A stretch of 63,944 nucleotides of DNA, counting the filler, from Octopus bimaculoides (Eukaryota): assembly GCF_001194135.2 (NCBI RefSeq). It is 5 parts of 5 records of this genome, joined end to end, with 100 filler letters (N's around TTAATTAATTAA, not from the genome) between each part and the next. Parts side by side here need not be neighbours in the genome. Positions count along the whole stretch, not along the records: positions 25,500 to 43,350 come from NC_068988.1; positions 43,451 to 61,473 come from NC_068991.1; 3 more parts are not named here. One strand, 5' to 3'. The position numbers and the translations under genes were made by a program. Below are positions 37,848-49,824 of this stretch, one piece after another (the stretch's first letter is position 1; the number at the start of each line of letters is the position of its first letter). The notes under the pieces were generated by a model. That model made no database searches. It was not told where the DNA came from and saw nothing but the letters and a program-made list of their open reading frames with translations.

Positions 37848-38265
37848 TTACATAGAAAGTATTTTAGGTAGGATATGGGCAGTTCCCATGAGTACTATCT
37901 TTTGAATTTCTGCTATTTTGGGGTTTCCTGGTATCTGAGCTAGGTAACAATCAGCCCCCTTTTGCTATCATTCCTAGGGCACCTGTGACAACAGGTATTG
38001 TTTCAGTTTTGAGGTTCCACATTTTGCCAATTTCTATTTCAAGATGTTTATACTTGCTCAGTTTTTTGTTAGGTCTTCATAGATACATTTATGTCGATTG
38101 AGACAGTCATATGAGGAGGCATGATTGTTGTCTGAAGTCCTGCAATAGTGTTTGGCCTATTCACATCTATTTTTCTGTCAGTTTAAACGGTGAAGCTCTA
38201 GAGAAGTGAGATGTGCTCATTTTGAAGCACTGCAGGTGGTTTGTGTTCCCACTAATTTTTTGCAA
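37848..38265 (-). mobile_element. R4/Dong-like non-LTR retrotransposon 3' end (restriction-like endonuclease domain), degenerate
   Basis: WEHKPPAVLQNEHISLL*SFTV*TDRKIDVNRP...MTVSID...KLSKYKHLEIEIGKMWNLKTETIPVVTGALGMIAKG...EIQKIVLMGTAHILPKILSM*. Confidence 0.88.
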
Positions 38266-38294
38266 ATTATTATTATTATTAAAGGGCCCATTGA

Positions 38295-38560
38295 GGATTA
38301 GTGTGCAGCGCTCAAGAACAAGCTCTCAAAACAAACTACTCCAAATATCACATTGATAAAAGCACTGACTTGCCACAGTGTAGAATGTGCTCTGAGAAGG
38401 GAGAAAGTATAAACCATATTGTTAGTTAGTGCTGTAAACTCGCACAACGCGAATACAAAAGGAGACACGATGATGTGGCCAGATAATGTCCACTGGCTGT
38501 TGTGCAGTAAAGCAAACCTCGAGAGATGGTATGAACAATGGTATGAACGAAATATTAGAG
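38295..38560 (+). mobile_element. R4/Dong-like fragment: CCHC zinc-knuckle region
   Basis: GLVCSAQEQALKTNY..HIDK..PQCRMCSEKGESINHIVS*CCKLAQREYKRRHDDVAR, then (frameshifted) VHWLLC..WYEQ. Confidence 0.88.
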
Positions 38561-39509
38561 ACAATTCGATTTAAAATCTGACCGCATCTATTTTAGGGAT
38601 TAGTATACCCTATATTGCTTATCAGTAGGTTTGCGGAAGTGTATATGATAGGGAATGATGCTGTGAGTGTAGAATTTTACATACTTATAGTTGACTAGCA
38701 ACACTTCTGGATTTCTTAGTTTCTGTAACTTCCATGCATGAATACTTTGACTTTGGTGCCGTGTGATCTTGGAATAACTAAAGGAAATTTTCTAACCGAT
38801 CCTTCTAGTCCCTGCCTTAATTACATTAACATGGTTATCTGCAATTGATTGAAGTCATTTGAGCATTGCATCATTTACTTGTTAAAAACAGGGTTTTCCC
38901 GCATGATTAATCGTTCCCATCGGCTAAGCGCAAAAGATCAATGTATTAGGGAGAAATGAAATGGAGGTGAATTTTTGTCTTAATTCTTAATGTTATTAGC
39001 GAAATTGTTTGAATTATCGTAGATTTGGGTTCGGGACAGCTTACTCCATTTCTTGGTTGAAGATTAACATAACTAGTTTTGCACACTATGGATTATTATG
39101 ACAAGCCACTGGCAAAACTTCAGGTGTGTTTCTTTCAAATGAGCTAAGTAAGTAACATATTAATGATTATAATCAGATTTAGAGAATATATATTACTGGT
39201 CGTTATTTTACCAACCCTACAAACAGTCGAAACCAGAGTGTTTCTAGTCCAGTACTTAAAGGGTTGTCACTAACTAGTGTAAGGCATTTAGTGAAGTCCT
39301 CTGCTATTTCTTCTCTACTACAACAACTGCTGCTGCATGTAGTATTGTCCTAATATTAATCATATTGATTTCTTCCTTCCATCCACATTGTTTAAATGTG
39401 GAAAATTAGATTAGAGAGTGCCAAGCCTTTTCTCAGTTGCATAAAAAACTATAAATAATAATCATTTCCTCTGCTTGTTCAAATTTGTAACAGTGGTGTT
39501 GTGTAGTTG

Positions 39510-39785
39510 ATTAAATCGACCCAGTACATGCTTGATTTATCGATCAGAGAGATGAAAGACAAAGTTGATTCCCATAGGTTTTGAAATCAGAACTAGAGGT
39601 ATATAGTCATGTGCTTTCCTGTTTCTCCCTCTTAACCAGCTCAACATTAACGATAATCAATAATAATAATAACTAATAATATGTCTCTAGACACAAAAGA
39701 GTTTTGTAAAGAGAAATCAACTCAGTACACATTTGAAGTTGGGAGAGATGAAAGCAACGTCGACTCCGATGGGATTCGAACTCAC
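39510..39785 (-). mobile_element. Two very old SINE-B fragments
   Basis: TCGACCCAGTAC..GATGAAAGACAAAGTTG and GATGAAAGCAACGTCGACTCC..TTCGAACTCA motifs. Confidence 0.5.
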
Positions 39786-40650
39786 TGCACTAGCCTATTA
39801 GATAATATCAATCAACTCAGTCGGATCTCAAGGCATGAGGCTAATAATCTGAGCTGATAATAACTATCTTTTTTGGCTGCAATCAAGGTCATGTATTTAA
39901 TTGATGTGTGTGTGTCTGTATGTGTGTGTGCGGTGTGCTTACTGGAAACTAGCAAAACCCGAAGAAATTCATTGGTTCTGTCAGTAAAAATCGAGAATTG
40001 TAGCTCCTTGTTGTGATGGAGACGACGGCGAATGAAAGGCAAGATAGAAAGAGATGGGGAGTGAATATGGAAGAGGAGATAGTGACAAGCATTAAGTTTA
40101 TAACGTAAACGTGGAAGGTAGGAGAAAAAAAAATAAAATGAAACGTCATTGATCGATACAGATATCACATACACACACACACACACACACTGAGAATTGT
40201 AACAGTTTGATGTGGTGATGATGTTGGAAGGGTGTTCGTCAATGGACTTTTGTCTGTAGTAAGAATCAGACGGTGAACATTTTTATGATTTTAAAAAATA
40301 CCGTATGATTGAACGCATGTACCATGGAAGCAATTGCTGTCGCCGCCATCAATACTACCGTGACAACCAGCAACAAATAAACAAACGTCATTATAACAAA
40401 TAAACATCATCACTACCACCACCAGCATTTACCATTAACGTCTGTTTCCCCTTCATTTTTTTCTCTGGCTTTCTCTTTTGAGTTACTTCCCTTAAAGTGA
40501 CACAAAAGGTAGCTAACAACGTATTGTATTAATATGAAAACTAAAAGCAACACTTAGTAGAATGATACAGTTTCAATTGAACATTTCTTTGTAAAATATT
40601 TCGCTCTAAGTCAGATATTGTTAAAGTGTAACAATTTTCAGTAACTATTT

Positions 40651-40686
<36 letters not shown>

Positions 40687-40979
40687 AACACACGAGTGAG
40701 TGTGTAAAATTCCATATCCAAAGAAGGGTGCCATCGCAAATCAACAAGCACGACATCTGCGTATAAGTAGGAAATGAATCTAATAGACATATATATATTG
40801 TTAAATGCTTCAGTTGCTCTTTTCTGAAAGTACCGCCCTCTATATAATAAACGCTACACCTTTTGTCACGCCCCAAAAGCATCTTTTTTCTCTTACTTTT
40901 ATTAGCCATCAGACTGTGATTATGCTTGACGAATTTTTAATCGAATGAACCAACTCCAGTACATTTTTTTTATTTAATA

Positions 40980-41065
40980 TGATACTTATTCTATCGGTGT
41001 CTTACGGGGGCGTAAACACACCAACATCGGTTGTCAAGTAGTGGTGGGGACAAACACAGTCATAC

Positions 41066-41098
<33 letters not shown>

Positions 41099-41258
41099 AA
41101 GGGCTTCTTTCAGTTTCCGTCTACCAAATCCACTCACAAGGCTTTGATCGGCCCAGGGCTATAGCAAAAAGCAATTCCCCAAGGTACTGCACGGTGGAAC
41201 TGAACCCGAAACCATGTTGTTGGAAAGCAAACTTCTTACTACGCAGCCACACCTGCGT
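40980..41258 (-). mobile_element. SINE family A, 3'-deleted, with internal (TA)n
   Basis: Head at about 41100-41258, short microsatellite at 41063-41097, partial 3' body. Confidence 0.85.
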
Positions 41259-41381
41259 AAGTAAATTTTGTTATCTGCATTAGATATGAATTTGTAATTT
41301 CTGTCTCTTGAAATGGAAACGAAGAAATTAAAGGATTTTTAGCAGCTCCTTACTTCGCATGATAAGGTAACAGAAAATATT

Positions 41382-41596
41382 CTTTTCTACTCTAGGGACA
41401 AGGCCCGAAATTTTGGGGGATGGGACTAGTCGATTAGATCAGTTACGTATTAGTACGTAACTGATAATTTATCGACCACGAAAGGATGAAAGGCAAAGTC
41501 GACCTCGGCGGAATTTGAACTCAGAACATAAAGACAGACGAAATACCGCTAAGCATTTCGCCCGACGTGCTAACGTTTCCGCCAGCTCGCCACCTT
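41382..41596 (-). mobile_element. Young full-length SINE-B (short tail) with 16-bp TSD
   Basis: TSD GGTAACAGAAAATATT at 41366-41381 and 41597-41612. Confidence 0.95.
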
Positions 41597-43450
41597 GGTA
41601 ACAGAAAATATTGATAGTTTTCCTGCGTCAGATGATTGTTGTAACACCCAGCATCACCTGGCAACTTTAGGTCAGCTAAGATGAAAATGTTCATAAACTG
41701 TTACCGATTACGAAAAAGTAATATCTTCCAATCACAATGCACCATTTATACCAAAGAAATATATATTTTACATACTAAACTCAGCCCATTTGCATGCATT
41801 TCTGTGACAAGACCAACCATGCTGGAACTCCGAGAAAGAAATAAGTCTAAATCATATAATTATGCTAATATGTGCCTCGGCTGTTGATCTGAAATGGTAC
41901 TAATGTGTATGTTTGTGCCAAGAATGAAAAAGAACGAGGATGAAAAAGTTTGTCAGATGTGAGGTTATAATGAGTGACTCTCACAAACAAACATACAACC
42001 TACGCATTAATTTTTAAGAGAAAAATGTGTAGATTACACTGCTTCTTTGTCTACTTCCGATTTGTTGCCCAAAGTTTAAGGTTACACTTACAAAGAGCTC
42101 TTTGAGAAGAAAAAATATACACTTCAGTTTTGGTTTTGGTTTTTTTTTTCTTGTGTAAGCTTTGGCCAAGCTTAGACCTCTGTCCTATATCGCCTGACTA
42201 AACACAGCTAAACAATAATTTAATAGTCTGAACATTCATAGTCAACTTCATCATTTGCAACAAACCCACGTATTATTAGCAGACGTTCTGATATATACAC
42301 AGTGCTAGTAGTTTACGATTAACTCACATTAACATTAGGTCATTGGTGGACATATTTTACGTTACAAATGTCCATAAATATTCACATACATAAAGACATA
42401 CACATGCATGGGTAGTATGAACGAAAGAAAAAAGAGGGGAGAAAAGGAAAATGGAAGAGAAAATGGGGAAGAAAGAGTGAAAGGAAGAGTACGAAGGAAG
42501 AGGATAAAAAACTGAAAGAAAAAGAGAAATAGGGAAAGAGAAATAAGTGAGAAACGCCAAAAAATAGAGAGGGAGAGAACAAGAGAGAGAAGTAAGGAGA
42601 CAGTTTTACGACTATTATAATTATTAGTCATAATAATAGTCATAATTCAATTTATGAGGTGAGTTTTTTTTAGTTTTTTATTTATTTATTCTTTTTTGTC
42701 CTATAGAAAGTTTGAGCTAAAACATAAATAAAGAGAAAGAAAATTCTGAATACTGGTTATTTGTCCAAGTTCTCAGACTGGTGTGATCAATAGCAGAACG
42801 GCCTGAAGTGTATATTAAGCAAAGACTATGATTTCCTTTTCAAAAACCGGGTAGTATTTAAAAAGCTGTGCTGTAGGTGCGCGCGCACACACATACACAC
42901 ACTATTCATAATTGATAATGAAGCTATTATGAGATAAAAAAAAAATTTTCGCCTCATATTTCGGGTAAATAAAAGGAAAAACGGCTTCCTCCTGACTAAA
43001 AGCCATGAGTCAAGTCAAATGAAAGCTTATGACGCATCAAATACAGCAATAGCTTTCAATGGATGGACGTTGGGGGAAGGAACAAAGAACTGCTGAAAAT
43101 ATAATCAATTATTTCGATGCTGGACGTATTAAAACATTTCCAGATTTTACATTTTGGGGTTTGTTTCATTTGTTAACAGTTTTAAAATAATAATAATGAT
43201 GAAAACAATAAGATGAGACGAAAGGTGAAACTTAGCTGGGAAATAGTGTACTGGATTTCATTGACACACTAAGGAGGCAGAGATGGCTGTCTTTAAGTGG
43301 TCTGCTGTATAACTTCCGTGCGTGGATCCAATGAATCTGAACCGCATTTTNNNNNNNNNNNNNNNNNNNNNNNNNNNNNNNNNNNNNNNNNNNNTTAATT
43401 AATTAANNNNNNNNNNNNNNNNNNNNNNNNNNNNNNNNNNNNNNNNNNNN

Positions 43451-43488
<38 letters not shown>

Positions 43489-43527
43489 TATATTTATATA
43501 CATATACATATATATAGATATGTATGA

Positions 43528-43558
<31 letters not shown>

Positions 43559-43747
43559 GATAGATATAGATGGATATGTATATATATAAATATATATACG
43601 TATGTATATAAACATACGTATATATATGTATAAACAGCACCAGCAAGTGCAGTAACAACTGCAGCAGCGTCAGCGGCGACGTCTTCAACAAATGGCCGAT
43701 GTGACAACAATCTTCGGTTCAGCAACAACTTAAAGTGAAAAATGCTT

Positions 43748-43875
43748 TCTGCTATAAGCACAAGGCCTGAAATTTTGGGGGAGGGGAACAGTCAATTACA
43801 TCGACCCTAGTACGTAACTGGTACTTAATTTATCGAGCCCGAAAGGATGAAAGGCAAAGTTAACCCCACTGGCAT
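43748..43875 (-). mobile_element. SINE-B 3' fragment
   Basis: GCACAAGGCCTGAAATTTTGGGGG..GAAAGGATGAAAGGCAAAG. Confidence 0.85.
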
Positions 43876-44751
43876 TAACTTGGAGTAAAATATCACGTTA
43901 GACGAATCAAGAATGAACTAGAAAAAAAAAAAACAGCAATGACGACAGAATGTGTCACTCGTGGCAGCAGTAGTAGCAGCAGCAGCAGCACCTCCACCAC
44001 CACCACCACTACACCACCACCACCGTCACCCCTTAAACACCGCTACTACCGTCGCTGCCGTCGACACCAGCAGCAGCAGCACCNNNNNNNNNNNNNNNNN
44101 NNNNNNNNNNNNNNNNNNNNNNNNNNNNNNNNNNNNNNNNNNNNNNNNNNNNNNNNNNNNNNNNNNNNNNNNNNNNNNNNNNNNNNNNNNNNNNNNNNNN
44201 NNNNNNNNNNNNNNNNNNNNNNNNNNNNNNNNNNNNNNNNNNNNNNNNNNNNNNNNNNNNNNNNNNNNNNNNNNNNNNNNNNNNNNNNNNNNNNNNNNNN
44301 NNNNNNNNNNNNNNNNNNNNNNNNNNNNNNNNNNNNNNNNNNNNNNNNNNNNNNNNNNNNNNNNNNNNNNNNNNNNNNNNNNNNNNNNNNNNNNNNNNNN
44401 NNNNNNNNNNNNNNNNNNNNNNNNNNNNNNNNNNNNNNNNNNNNNNNNNNNNNNNNNNNNNNNNNNNNNNNNNNNNNNNNNNNNNNNNNNNNNNNNNNNN
44501 NNNNNNNNNNNNNNNNNNNNNNNNNNNNNNNNNNNNNNNNNNNNNNNNNNNNNNNNNNNNNNNNNNNNNNNNNNNNNNNNNNNNNNNNNNNNNNNNNNNN
44601 NNNNNNNNNNNNNNNNNNCACCGCCACCGCCCTCACCGCCACCGTCCTCACCGCCACCGCCCTCACCGCCACTACCATTGGTAGCGTCGAAACAAGAACA
44701 CAAAGGGAATTTGAAATCCAATCGACATCTCCATCCTATGAAGTAGCTTAC

Positions 44752-44787
44752 CAGCATCTTGAATACCTCAGAAATCAATACATCAAC
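44752..44787 (-). CDS. Candidate 36-nt phase 0-0 exon (VDVLISEVFKML)
   Basis: Acceptor tagtttactcgctag| and donor |GTAAGC. Only one frame is open. No homology recognised. Confidence 0.2.
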
Positions 44788-47236
44788 CTAGCGAGTAAAC
44801 TAATCGATAAATTAATCGCTTTTGTATTTAAACTCCACAAGTGTGATGTTGAGTATTAATTGATTGCATTTAACTAATCAGCATGATAAATGCGCATTCA
44901 CGCTTGGACGCATACACTCGTACGCGTACATATATATATATGTATATATATATACTCACACACATACGCGCACGTAACTATATGCATACACATACACGTA
45001 TATTGAGACAGATATGTGCACTCAATGACCCCAGTCTCATGGTGGAATGCATCACAAGAGTAAAAAAAAAGAATAAAAGAATATATATATATGAATTATT
45101 TATTTATTAACTTATAATCAGGATACTAGATACCACCAGCTTTGCTAGAAATAGGAGTCAAAACAACTCAAAAACCAAAGTTGTCACAGAAGCAATCGAG
45201 GTAACGATCAAATAATAAAACCCAAGTAAATGTCGCAAATAAGTTACCAGATGTAGTCACATCACGTGATTTCGAACCCCATGGGAAACACTTAATCCTC
45301 CTCAGTGAGTATTACCAAGGGCTTAAAATACTCACATCACCATAGCCTTCCCCAATGAGAATGGATTACCGCTAAGCGCTTATAAATAATAACAAGCGTT
45401 TAAGATGAAGAGCGTAAAGGTTGGCTTTAGTTGTTTAGAAATTTCCGCAGCAATGCGAAAAAGTTAGAGGAATTTACTTACTTACAAGTAAAGAATTTAC
45501 TTACTAAAAATTAATCAGGCTTCAACTGAAATACAACTGCAGCAGGTCAATAGTCTGATCACTTGTGAGCATAGTACCCCAGGATGCACTATAGCAAATA
45601 TAGTAAATACGACAAAAAGACACGAGTAAGAGTTCGAAGAAGTATCCTAATATATTTGCAGGTTGGCTTAAATAAATACATTTAAGACATGTTATACACA
45701 ACATATAAACTCATTTAGAAACATAACATACATACAGCTCGACTGTCACCATGCAGTTAGTGTTTGAAGGAGTACCGAAATGATGATACTCGCAGTAAAT
45801 CAATACGCAACTTACGTTATGCACGTTAATAGGCCAAAAGTTCTACTTTCACTGTGTCGTCTAGCGATTTAATGACATTAAGGTTTTCAGGAGGCTTTGT
45901 AGAAGATACGAGATTATGTAAAAGTGTAGGCAGGAGAAGGAGTTACTCCTGCAGACGAGAAATTATCTTTTCTGAAGCAAAAACTCAAAGCTGATAAATC
46001 AGCCATCATCGACCACGCCTTCTGTTGCTAACAATCGGCAGGAAAGGGTGAGGCTTCTAGGCAGTCGATCATACTGCTAGAAAGAACAGATACGTCTACC
46101 TGTAAATACATCCTAAAGATTCAAATATGGGAATGATATATACACCACAACAGAAGAGATGGATCAAATCAGGGATATCATCGATTATTTAGTTGAATGA
46201 TCAAGGTTAATCTAGGGTTAGACTAACGCCGGAACAACAACAGTAAAGAAAAACAAACGCTGATGAAATAACCTTGGCAACAAACATAATTTTAGCAGAG
46301 ATTTCCAACAAGCTACAACTTTAATGAAAGGAATGCCAAACACATTAAGACTTGTATGTAAACAACTGTTGTTTCCATGAAGCTTTTCTCAATCATGTTG
46401 ATGAACGTACAAGAGACGATGCGATGAGAGTCAAGGTGGAGTTGGAAATTTCTTTCCTATAAATAAATTAATTTTATATTTGCAGAGTACATTTTTTTTT
46501 CTCGCGTCAGAACATCCAAATGTTGATAACGATACATGTATATATATATGTGTGTGAGTGTGTGTGTGTGTGTGTGTGTGCGTGCATTTGTGTGTGTGGG
46601 TGTATAAAGAGAGTATGTGTATTGTACACACACACACGCATATATACGTATATGTATATANNNNNNNNNNNNNNNNNNNNNNNNNNNNNNNNNNNNNNNN
46701 NNNNNNNNNNNNNNNNNNNNNNNNNNNNNNNNNNNNNNNNNNNNNNNNNNNNNNNNNNNNNNNNNNNNNNNNNNNNNNNNNNNNNNNNNNNNNNNNNNNN
46801 NNNNNNNNNNNNNNNNNNNNNNNNNNNNNNNNNNNNNNNNNNNNNNNNNNNNNNNNNNNNNNNNNNNNNNNNNNNNNNNNNNNNNNNNNNNNNNNNNNNN
46901 NNNNNNNNNNNNNNNNNNNNNNNNNNNNNNNNNNNNNNNNNNNNNNNNNNNNNNNNNNNNNNNNNNNNNNNNNNNNNNNNNNNNNNNNNNNNNNNNNNNN
47001 NNNNNNNNNNNNNNNNNNNNNNNNNNNNNNNNNNNNNNNNNNNNNNNNNNNNNNNNNNNNNNNNNNNNNNNNNNNNNNNATACATATATATGTGCATACA
47101 TATATATCTTTCCATATTCTTTAAAACAGAAATGCGTATATACATGCATCAATATACATACATACGTACGAATGTGCATGTATATGTGTGCGTGTGTGTG
47201 TATGTGTGTGTGCACGTGTGTTAGTGTATGCACGTT

Positions 47237-47280
<44 letters not shown>

Positions 47281-47401
47281 CGCATTTATTAGTACCTATG
47301 AGAGAGAAGCAAAATCAAAATGCACACGCGGATACACACGAACACATGCATTCACACACACGAACAAATGCATTCACACACACACATATCCACACACACA
47401 C

Positions 47402-47443
<42 letters not shown>

Positions 47444-48159
47444 CCACACACAATATCCATACGCCAATTAAAAAGAACAAGAAAGACATATTCACTAAAC
47501 ATAAAAAGACTTTCTTGAGGCAACGACCATTGATTTACCAAAGATTCACAAAAATATATCGGAATTTTATCTCATAGCTTTCTTTATTTACTCTTTGCAT
47601 CGAAAGATGCCAGAGAAACCAAAAACACACACACACACACATACATACACATACACACGTCTATATATGCATGTGTATATATATATATATNNNNNNNNNN
47701 NNNNNNNNNNNNNNNNNNNNNNNNNNNNNNNNNNNNNNNNNNNNNNNNNNNNNNNNNNNNNNNNNNNNNNNNNNNNNNNNNNNNNNNNNNNNNNNNNNNN
47801 NNNNNNNNNNNNNNNNNNNNNNNNNNNNNNNNNNNNNNNNNNNNNNNNNNNNNNNNNNNNNNNNNNNNNNNNNNNNNNNNNNNNNNNNNNNNNNNNNNNN
47901 NNNNNNNNNNNNNNNNNNNNNNNNNNNNNNNNNNNNNNNNNNNNNNNNNNNNNNNNNNNNNNNNNNNNNNNNNNNNNNNNNNNNNNNNNNNNNNNNNNNN
48001 NNNNNNNNNNNNNNNNNNNNNNNNNNNNNNNNNNNNNNNNNNNNNNNATATATGCATGTATGTATGTATGTGTATATAAGTGTATATTAATGTTTATATA
48101 TTCATACATATGAATATGTTTTTCTTAACCTTCTTAATTTTGTGGATTATTCCACTTTC

Positions 48160-48163
<4 letters not shown>

Positions 48164-48253
<90 letters not shown>

Positions 48254-48274
48254 TTTATTATTTTTATTATTATT

Positions 48275-48315
<41 letters not shown>

Positions 48316-48363
48316 TATTATCATTATTATTATTATTATTATTATTAGTAGTAGTAGTAGTAG
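48164..48363. repeat. (ATT)n/(ATC)n/(AGT)n compound microsatellite
   Basis: Direct inspection. Confidence 0.95.
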
Positions 48364-48654
48364 TATGAATAATAACTATAATAATTATTATTATTATAAT
48401 TATGATTCAAAATTCTCTTTTATGATTTGATTCGTATATATATTGCGATAACTGTATCAAGTGAATTAACGTAAATAATATATATATATAGGATTCATGC
48501 TTAGGTTTTTATAACTTCGTAAACTTCTACTATGAACTTTTATGCTTCTTTTTTCTTCTCTGTTTGCATCTCCGTATACTTTTACTCTCTTCTTCCAAGT
48601 TGTCATCTTACTGATATATGCCATTCTCATTTTCCATATTTTTTTCCCCAATTT

Positions 48655-48711
48655 GTCTCTGATGACGGAATATCCCATTCAACGAGGATATCCCAGAAAC
48701 AGCTGTAAGAT
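48655..48711 (+). ncRNA. Type I hammerhead ribozyme motif (partly decayed stem II)
   Basis: GTCT / CTGATGA (48659-65) / CGGAATATCC-loop-GGATATCCCA / GAAA (48696-99) / CAGCTG / TA / AGAT. The core is intact, with a GUA cleavage triplet and palindromic stem III ACAGCTGT. Stem I is TCT/AGA plus G.U; stem II pairs at 8 of 10 positions, with C10.1.A11.1 mismatched. Confidence 0.65.
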
Positions 48712-48715
48712 TTTG

Positions 48716-48770
48716 AAATACCGCTAGTCATTTAGCCCAGCGTGCTAACAATTCTTCCAGCTCGCCGCCT
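48716..48770 (-). mobile_element. SINE-B head fragment
   Basis: AGGCGGCGAGCTGGAAGAATTGTTAGCACGCTGGG on the minus strand. Confidence 0.75.
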
Positions 48771-49103
48771 AACTACTACCTCGCTTGGATTTTACCACTT
48801 CTGGGGTTTAACTCGCTATAAAACATGCACTTTTCCTATTCTATTCTGTTATATTCCGTAACTCTTGTATACACACACATATATACATACAAATATATAT
48901 TTGTATGTATTTGCATACATACACACATACATACATACATACATACATACATAATGCACAAATACCTAGATGATGTTGATAAAAGTTCCAATGAAGGAGC
49001 CTTGAATCTATGTTAGAGTCCGGCTCTTTCTCAATGGACAAGAAATACAGAAATGAAACTGATTGATAACATACATACATACATGCATACATACATACAT
49101 ACA

Positions 49104-49170
<67 letters not shown>

Positions 49171-49276
49171 ATGCATGCACACACACACACACACACATAT
49201 ATCTAGGCGTGAGGAATTTAATATATCCGGGCACTCCCGTTGTCATATTTCTGTCGCCACTTTCTGTCTGTGCATT

Positions 49277-49627
49277 TCAGTTGTTTACAATCTTCCAATT
49301 TAATTCTTTAACTATATTTGGTTTTGCCGACAACTTTTTAAAGCTATTTTTCTCTTGCTCTTAAACATCCTTGCAAACAGCAAACCGTTCCATCCGCTTT
49401 TTTCCACACCTTGTTTTTCATTGTTCTCAAGCTTGTTGCGAATGTGTATTCGCTCTATTTTCAACGCCTTTTCGTCTTTGTGTATTCATGAATTCAACCG
49501 AACGATGTTTGCATTGCTTTCAACCATTACTCCTTGAGTCATTTTCCTAACTGTAATCAAACCGTACTTTCTCATCTTGTACAACAAGCTCCTTTCGACC
49601 TTTCTCCGTCACCCATTTCATGTTCAT
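49277..49627 (-). mobile_element. FLYWCH-type (MULE-like) transposase N-terminal fossil
   Basis: MKWVTEKGRKELVVQDEKVRF..*KQCKHR..NTHS..RMERFAV...KLSAKPNIVKEL resembles the FLYWCH domain plus following helix of MULE transposases. Multiple stops. Confidence 0.5.
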
Positions 49628-49824
49628 ATTTCTCATTTTTGTGTCTGAAGTCGATCAATATGTATTTGCAACATGGACATCATCAAAAATAGTATATTTA
49701 TCTATTTACTTTTTGCTGTCTTGTCTGTCTCCGCCGCTGTTAGAGTTAACAACAAACGTGAAAGTGTTGCGCATTAACCTGATTTAACATTACTGTAAAA
49801 AATCATCAAACAGAAATGAAGGTA

